From Chiloscyllium plagiosum (Eukaryota): a stretch of DNA of 64,000 nt. The stretch lies in assembly GCF_004010195.1 (NCBI RefSeq), contig NC_057751.1, positions 15,607,677-15,671,676 on the forward strand, written 5' to 3'. Position 1 is the first letter of the stretch, and the number at the start of each line of letters is the position of its first letter. A program made the position numbers and the translations under genes. The notes under the pieces were generated by a model. It had not been told where the DNA came from. It worked only from the letters and a program-made list of their open reading frames with translations, and did no database searches. Positions 39,855 to 64,000 of this stretch are shown here, in pieces.

Positions 39855-42800
39855 ACTTGGAGGTTTTTAAAAATTTATTAAACTGACCTGCAATCTAACG
39901 CAACAGCTCCATCAGTACAATACAACACAATACAGACCCATTTCTCTTAAATATATATCTGCAATATTACAATATAAATGTACATACAAATGAGAGGTAC
40001 CTTTTAATTGCAATGATTAAAAAATATTTACCTGGAATGTGATTAAAAATATGTACCAGAAGCTACACAATTTTAATACATTTGTTTGTATATAAAACAC
40101 AAGTGCACAAAGTAACCCTCAAAATCATTTGTCTGAAACCTGATGATTGCTTCTAGATTCAGAACCTCATAGATATACTGGGAAAACAACCGTGTTTTGA
40201 ACAAGCACAAGTCTGATTTTGGCTGAATTATTGGCACTTACATTTCTTGCTAGACTCTTTGGTAAAACAGAGTTTTTATAAATTACTTCTGATGTAGTTT
40301 TAGACAGTGTGCTTTTAAATGCAAGCAACAGTGAAACACTGCAGACTAACAGAAGAGGGAAGGATCAGCAAGAAACAGACAGAATCAGATCAAAAGCAAA
40401 GGTGAGATAAGAAAGTAACTGGATGTGCCTCATCACATTCTAGTTCTACTTTCATCTGTGAGAGTCGTGATAGGCTATCATGCAGGATTTGCATTTTTGC
40501 ATTTTCTTGGTTTCCATCCTTCCTGTCAGTTGCTGAACTCAGCTTCTTGCACCCCATCTGGCTGGCCATTCTTTAGTGAGCGTGGGACTTTACTGCAGAG
40601 GTATATCGCATCCTCACACTCACTCAAAGCAGTCAGGAGATGAAACACCCGGGTGAATTTCTGATTCCCCTTCCCAGAGAATTGAGGCTGATTGTAGCAA
40701 TCCCACCACATAGCCCACCTGAAGCCAGCTTGCACAGGACAAAGTGGAGATGGAACATGCAACTTCTCGGTTTGTGTCAGAACTTCTCTTGGTTGTACCA
40801 ACACCCACGAAAGACAAGGAGAGCAGGTATGCATGTTTACAATTTGCGTGCTGCAGGTGGACTTGGCACATGCTGCAGAAAATCTGATTAAAAAGATGCA
40901 AGATTTGATCATGGTCTACACACCTGCCCTCACCAAGGAGTACACTGCATGCATGACGAAAAGATGGCAAAAGTCTTCAGAGAAACATATCAGACAGCAA
41001 GTGACCATCCAAGGTGATTATCAAGTGCTAGTTCCTCACAAACACCCAGGTGCTTTCTCGCACAAGGGTTTAAGTCAGCGATGACTTCAGACAGGAGTTC
41101 AAATTTCCCTTGTTGGGAGCAAGAGATGAAGGGACACAAGTCAAGGATCAGTGCAGTATTTTAGCCCTCTCTCTGGCCTGGGTTACAGCAGCAAGGTTGA
41201 ATCCAGCTTCTCTCCCCTCTCACAAACAATATATTTGCCTCTTTCGAGCTAGCAGTCCACCAAAACCACTCAAATTAAACTGGAGCTCTTACTGCAGCTA
41301 GGTTTCCTCTTTCAGAACAGTTCAGTAATGGCAGTCAGAGAAACAACTGTCAAAAGCTCACCAGAAATTAGAAGATCAAATCATTCTGCAAAACAAATGC
41401 TCTCCATGACCAGCCTGAGACATTAATGAACTCTGGGTCCATCTCCGGTTATTTCTCATTTAAAAGATTGCACTTTAATTCATGCATCAGGGGCTCTTCT
41501 TCTTCAAGCAAGCACACTGTAAGCATTTCAGAGGGGAAGAGTGTCAAACATGACGAAGGCCAGGTAAGGGAGATAGATCCTACCCTGAAGGACATCAGCA
41601 AGTCACTTGGGTATTTAACAATAACTCGGCCAATTCCAGGGTTTATTTCACTTGCAAAATACCAAGCCTCTGACCTGCTCTTGTAACCACAATACTTAAA
41701 TGACGAGCCCAGTTCGGTTTCTGCTCAATAATAACCCACAGGACAACATTTGACAGGATTCCGCGGTGGCAATGGCATGGTAATTGGCTATCACTTGTGT
41801 GGTAAAAATACTTTACATTTAGCAACTCAAGCCCAACTTTAACTGAAGCACATGGTAGTGTGTAGGTTTAGGCTTCTCTGAAAGATGAATCAATACGTTG
41901 TAGTATTCAGTGATACAAACCAGGTGCATGCCCTTAAGTCCAAATACATCGAGCTGGGTAGTTCCAGGATCTTCTCTCAAAGAAAGTCAAGTACAGGATA
42001 CAGCATTTGATGAAAACACTTGCTCCAACATCATCGTGTTATACATGCTCTCTGTGTAATGGAAGAGGTGAATGTGAATTTAGGTAGCTTGTCAGTTCAT
42101 GTGCTACTCTAGAGAACGCAAGCCTGATAATCTCGAACAACATTTCAATGCAGCAGGAAAGGAGTGTTGCACCTTCGCAGTTGTCATCAAACAGAGGTGC
42201 CCATCCATTCTCCAAAGTTGATGCAAAAGATCTTGGATGTGGGTTAATTCTGAAGAGCTGTGAGATTGCTCGCTTAGGTTTAGGCCAAGTTTTACCCCTC
42301 AAAAAGATATGCTCATAGTCACTTCATGTTTTTAACCAGATATTTCTCCACATGGATCAGCTGGTATTTTTAAAACCGAATCAGTAACTACATTTCAAAG
42401 GTGCCTCACAGTCCGTGAAGCTTGTTAATTGCTTCTGAGGTGACAAAATTAATGCAATCTCCTTCCTTCCTAGGGGAACTTCCAAGCCATGTTTATTCAC
42501 CTTCCCTTTCCAGACACCCATGATGCTGAGAACAGCATCAACTCTGAAGGCTTGCACCAGCCCTGTCAGACAGATCATAAACGAAGATCCAGAGGGTTTG
42601 GATCAGGCAGTCTAGCCAATAGAAGTTTGGACACAACAATTTTTAAAGAGTTCTTGTCAAGGGATAATGTGTGCTAATCATTCAGCTCCATCCAAAAGGA
42701 ACACAAGATACATCTCGGGTCCAGATTACTGAATGTAATGAACTCGTGGCCCAAAGATCCTACCTCATGCTTGACCTTTCCTTATCTCTTAAGAATTGAT

Positions 42801-44211
42801 TGGCAGTCATGCAGAATTTCAAACCAGCTGAATCAGGAATTCAGTTCTGGACAGAAGGTGAATAAATATGAAAGCACTGGTTGGAGTATGAACAGTGCCT
42901 GGTCAGTGGCAAAGAGCCTCTCCTGCAAGGGTTGTGCAGAAATCATTACATCTCAAAACTGATTTTTAAAACAATTTCCCCTCTGGTTCCCTGAATGCAC
43001 TGGTTATTGTGATGTTTGGTTCCCCCATTGTATTTAGTTTAAGAATCCACCAAGCAGCCCTGAAGAGAGCCTCACCAGACCACAAAGGATACTACTGCAG
43101 AGCAGATCTCTCCGTCCTTAGCTCAATAATATCTCATGTCCCGAAAGTTAGCAGAGCTGGGGAGTCGACAGTGTCTGTGTTGGTGACTTGCAGTTCAAGC
43201 CACATTATTGACATGTGGTCAGGTAAAAACCACAGATCATAAACCACACAACTATCCAGGCTGACAAGCCAGTCCAGTACTGAGGGCATAGCTGCAAAGT
43301 TGGACATCCTAGCTTCTGGATGAAACAGTGAACAGCAGCCACATCCTGCTCTCTCAGGTGGGATGTCAAAGGTCTGTCAGCACTACTGCAAAAATAAAAA
43401 GGAGATTCCACCCCTGCTTACCACTTGCTGTCCAGACTCAATAATTACTGCCCATCCAACTTCATCAAAGCAGATTATCCAATCCTTCGCACGTTACAGT
43501 TTGCAGGATCTTGCTGAGTGAGCATCAGTCTGCTGCGTTGCCAGCCTTACACCACTGACTATGCTTGAAAAGCACTTTAATGGGTGTAAAGTACTTTCAT
43601 GTATCCTGAGATAGTAAAAATCCCTGCAGAGACACAAGACTTTTCCTCCTTCTTAAATGAAGACTTTGCGTGGACTGAAAGGCTTGCAAGCTAACAACCA
43701 GAAACTCAAGAGAATTCATCAATCAGGGCTTTACTATAAATAGCATTCATCTTAGTGTGGGGGTGAAAAACAATTTTAAAAAGAACTGTGGTATATTCAC
43801 ATTCAATATTGCTTTAACACATCTGCATTCTGTAGTCTTCAAGTAACTGCAGTAGACCTCGTTGTCCATGGGAGAGAGTGATAATAAACCTTTTTGTCTA
43901 TTATACTGCAACTGATTAAAACTGTAACCCTTCCAAGTCTAAAAATCAGAGAAAGAGTTCTATCTGAGAAATTAGTCACGGTTAGTCGTCTTAGCATTAC
44001 ATATGCCAGTCTTTTCCTGGTGCACAAAGTCTACAAAAATAACAAAGTCCTTTCTCCAACCCATCCCAAACCCACTTTGTAACAAATTAGTTTGTCCAGC
44101 AAATGGATGGCCATAGCTCCAGCCAGGCACTAGCACAGTACATTCGCAGCTTACTGAAGTGGTGTGGCTTTGGACACACAAGAGCCAAATCCCCTTGCCA
44201 ATTCTCTTAGG
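39855..44211 (-). other. CNNM3: Probable long 3'UTR of CNNM3, ending near AATAAA at 39879-39874
   Basis: Repeat-poor stretch after the stop codon. The distal end is AU/UGUA-rich, and TTTATT on + at 39874-39879 is AATAAA on the minus strand. Not confirmed without transcripts. Confidence 0.5.
43270..43630 (+). mobile_element. Deu-domain SINE lying antisense in the putative CNNM3 3'UTR
   Basis: GTACTGAGGG...GTTTGCAGGATCTTGCTG...GACTATGCTTGAAAAGCACTTTAATGGGTGTAAAG. Confidence 0.5.
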
Positions 44212-60998
<16,787 letters not shown>

Positions 60999-61534
60999 CT
61001 TCCCGGCAGGCTGGGCGGGCTCGCCTTGACACCCCGCCCTCCTCTCGGGGAGGCGGCGGGGAGGGGGGGGGTGGCCTGGCGGTAAGGAACAACCCGACTC
61101 GCTTCGTCAACCAATCCGCGACCCCCGCCGCTGACGGATGGCCGCTGCCGCCCAATTGCAGGGCCGCGGCAGCCGACGGACAGCTTCGACCGCCCCGTCT
61201 GCGTTGACCGACGGGCGGACCATCCAATCCAGACGCGAGTCGCTTGACTGACTGGCAGCGGGCTTGGCCACTCAGCGAGCCGCCTTTTCCATCCTGGCCA
61301 CTGCTGGTCAGAGAGAGGCGGGGATAGCAGCTCGGTTCAAGGGTGGGTGAGTGTGCAGAGTAAACAACTCAGTGGCTCTTAATAGGGGAAAGGGACCAGG
61401 ATCCTCAACACAAATAAGACACGCCTTCCACCAGACCCCACCCCTTAACATTAAAACAAAAGCTCTATTAGCATAGCATTGTTTTCTTTTAAGGAAAGGC
61501 CCACTGTTAAACATTTTGCAGATGAACAAAGACC

Positions 61535-62720
61535 ATAAGCTATAGGTCACACACTCTTCTGCCCGACCTATCTCTCAGCACCATTCTCCTTCTACCCTTG
61601 ATCCCCCTGCTCAGCCTCTGGCTGAAGAAATTCCCTCTCCCCTCAGTTCTGAAGGGCTTCTCCCACAGGCTAAGCTACTTATGGAAACATCGTCTCCTTG
61701 TCCACTTCATTCAGGCCTCTCGCTATTCTGTATATTTCCATCAGCTCCTCCAACATGCTTCTAAACTCCATTGAGTCCAGACCCAAAGTCCTCATAGAAC
61801 ATGACCGTCATTTCCAGGATCACTCTTGTTAACCATCTCTGGGCCCTATCTAAGGCCAGCACCTCCTTCCTGCGATACAAGGCCTAAAACCACTCACAAT
61901 GTTCCGAATGTAGTCTGACCAAAGCCTTATACAGCCTCAGCCCTGCACTCCTGCTTTTATTTTCTCGCTTTCTTGAAAACAAATGTTAATTCTGCACTTC
62001 TAAACTATGAACTGAACAGATATGTAACTAGAAGGAAATCTGGAACTCGCACTCCCAAGTTCCTTTGTGCTTCACATTTCTGGAGCCTTTCCCTATTGAG
62101 AAATTAGGCAATGTCTCTTCTTCCTTCCAAACTGCATAACCTCATAATTTCCCACATTGCCCTCCATCTGCCACTTTTTCTGCCCACTCTCCTCACCTGT
62201 CCAAGTCCTTCTGCAGCTTCTCTGCTTCCTCAACACTACCTGGCCTTCTACAAGCCTCGCAACAATGCCCTCCATTCTTTCATGTGAATCATTAACATAG
62301 AACATGAATAGTTGTGGTCCCAACACTCCACTAGTTCCCAGCCTCTATTCTGAACAAGATACCTTTATGCCCATTCTCTGCCTTCTGCCATTCAGCTAAT
62401 CAATCATCTGTCCCAGTACCTTACCCCACCACTATGGGTTCTCAGTCAGCAGCTTAATGCTGACTCCACCTTATTTTACCATACACTTAGCAATCTCACC
62501 CTTAAGGGACTCTAAAATCTTACTCTCAGGGTAACTGGTTGATAATTTCTGATCTTCTGCCTCTGTTACGTTAGTCATTTGCTCGTCCTCTGGTACCTCC
62601 CCTGATTTCAGTGATTCCTGAAAGATCACCACCAAGACCTCCACAATCTCCTTAGCTGCCACCTTCAGAATCCTGCAGTTTGGTCCAACTGATTTATCCA
62701 TCTTTAGGCCTTTCAGTTTT
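61535..62720 (-). mobile_element. Decayed CR1-type LINE upstream of CNNM3
   Basis: LGPQLFMFYVND (ORF 62093-62326) and LVVIFQESLKSGEVPED (ORF 62471-62809). Confidence 0.75.
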
Positions 62721-63382
62721 GTCAGCACTTTACAGGATTGAATAAAAAGTTGGAATAACCATTGGAGAAACGCCTGATTCACTGATGGAAGGTTGCTGTG
62801 CTGACCCATTCTTGCCTATTCCAGCCTCACTACCATGAGGTTTACTCTAAACTGCCTTCATATGGTCGAGCTAACCACTTAGATGAAGGGCAATTAAGGA
62901 CAAGCAACAAATTATTGGTCGTGCAAATGACATCCACAACCTCGGAAAGTTTTTTTTTTACAAAAATACCTATTACCCAGCCTGTGGAACATGATGGCAG
63001 ATTAATGATCTGCTGAGTGACAGGAAATAGGAGTCAGATTCATGGGCAGGGAAGGTGTCTTCTATAGGTGGGTGTTATGGTCTCCAATAATTATAACTTT
63101 AAGCCACATGGGCTCTAGGCTAATAATTTTTTAATGTTGTCATCCAATTGAGAATGGGACCAAAATAAACTGCAGCACAGATGCAGACCATTTGGCCTGT
63201 TTATGCCAGTGTTGTTCCCCATACAAGGGTCCAGCTGTTTTTCTTGATAAAGACAAAATAGAAGCTCGAGTAGGCCATTCAGCCCATTGCACTTATTCCA
63301 CCATTCATTGTGATCATGACTGATCCTTTCCCTTCTCTCCCCTACCTTAAAATACCTTGAGTGACGAGAAATCTGTTTTTTT

Positions 63383-63823
63383 GGTTGTGGTTCTGTTTGC
63401 CGAGCTGGAAATTTGTGTTGCAGACGTCGCGTCCCCTGTCTAGGTGACATCATCAGTGCTTGGGAGCCTCCTGTGAAGCGCTTCTGTGTTGTTTCCTCCG
63501 GCATTTATAGTGGTTTGTCTCTGCTGCTTCCAGTTGTCAGTTCCAGCTGTCCGCTGCAATGGCCGGTATATTTGTGTCCAGGTCGATGTGTTTGTTGATA
63601 GAATCTGTGGATGCAGCGGACAGCTGGAACTGACAACTGGAAGTGGCAGAGACAAACCACTATAAATGCCGGAGGAAACATCACAGAAGCGCTTCACAGG
63701 AGGCTCCCAAGCACTGAGGATGTCACCTAGACAGGGGACGAAACGTCTGCAACACAAATTCCCAGCTCGGCGAACAGAACCACAACAACGAGCACCCGAG
63801 CTAAAAATCTTCTCAGACTTTGG
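63383..63823. mobile_element. Penelope-like element (family C): 175-bp inverted repeats around a probable remnant of the ORF C-terminus, 12-bp TSD
   Basis: TSD ATCTGTTTTTTT at 63371-63382 and 63824-63835. Arms 63384-63558 and 63612-63786 differ at ~8 positions. The spacer reads STDSINKHIDLD/IYRPLQ on minus, with one frameshift. Confidence 0.8.
63711..63750 (+). ncRNA. Minimal type I hammerhead ribozyme motif, intact core
   Basis: GCA-CUGAGGA-U-GUC-A-CCU-AGAC-AGG-G-GAC-GAA-ACGU-C-UGC. Helix I is GCA/UGC, helix II is GUC/GAC plus CCU/AGG, the palindrome is ACGU, and the cleavage triplet is GUC. Confidence 0.75.
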
Positions 63824-64000
63824 ATCTGTTTTTTTTTCTCTTAAATATAGGCCTCCACAGCCTTCTGTCGTTGGAAATTCCTTAAGGTTCACCACTGAGC
63901 AAAGACATTTCTCCTTATCTCAATGCTAAGCAACCTCCCCATCTCCAGCGATACAATGGAAACATCCTCCTATCCCTTCTCCCTTCAGCACCTCGCGAGC

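Noticed and set aside
63115..63929. Paired similar ORFs on opposite strands (MPEETTQKRF.../MPEETSQKRF...)
   Set aside because: They arise from the inverted repeat of the Penelope-like element and are not duplicated genes.

Overview
This is vertebrate genomic DNA. The repeat content (HE1-like V-SINEs, Deu-domain SINEs, CR1-type LINEs, a ~65-bp GGACAGGGACAGCAC satellite) points to a shark, probably a bamboo/carpet shark; that is inference. Two genes lie on the minus strand. The first is a complete 8-coding-exon CNNM3-like metal transporter (60998->44212, 740 aa). All its splice sites are GT-AG, the phases are consistent, it has a CpG-island promoter, and its 3'UTR is probably ~4.3 kb. The second, about 33 kb past the CNNM3 stop codon, is the first coding exon of a BMP1/tolloid-family metalloprotease (10999->10858); exon 2 is not visible. 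The rest is mostly nested retroelement debris. The most notable unannotated signal is a set of short, mostly TSD-flanked Penelope-like insertions from at least three sequence families. They are often inverted repeats and carry minimal hammerhead ribozyme motifs (CUGANGA + extra nt + helix II + GAA + palindromic ACGU/AGCU + H). Two motifs are fully intact (3329-3363 minus, inside the BMP1-like intron; 63711-63750 plus). The shark CNNM3 also has substitutions at otherwise conserved Mg2+/Mg-ATP-site and glycosylation positions. Repeat boundaries are approximate unless a TSD is quoted.
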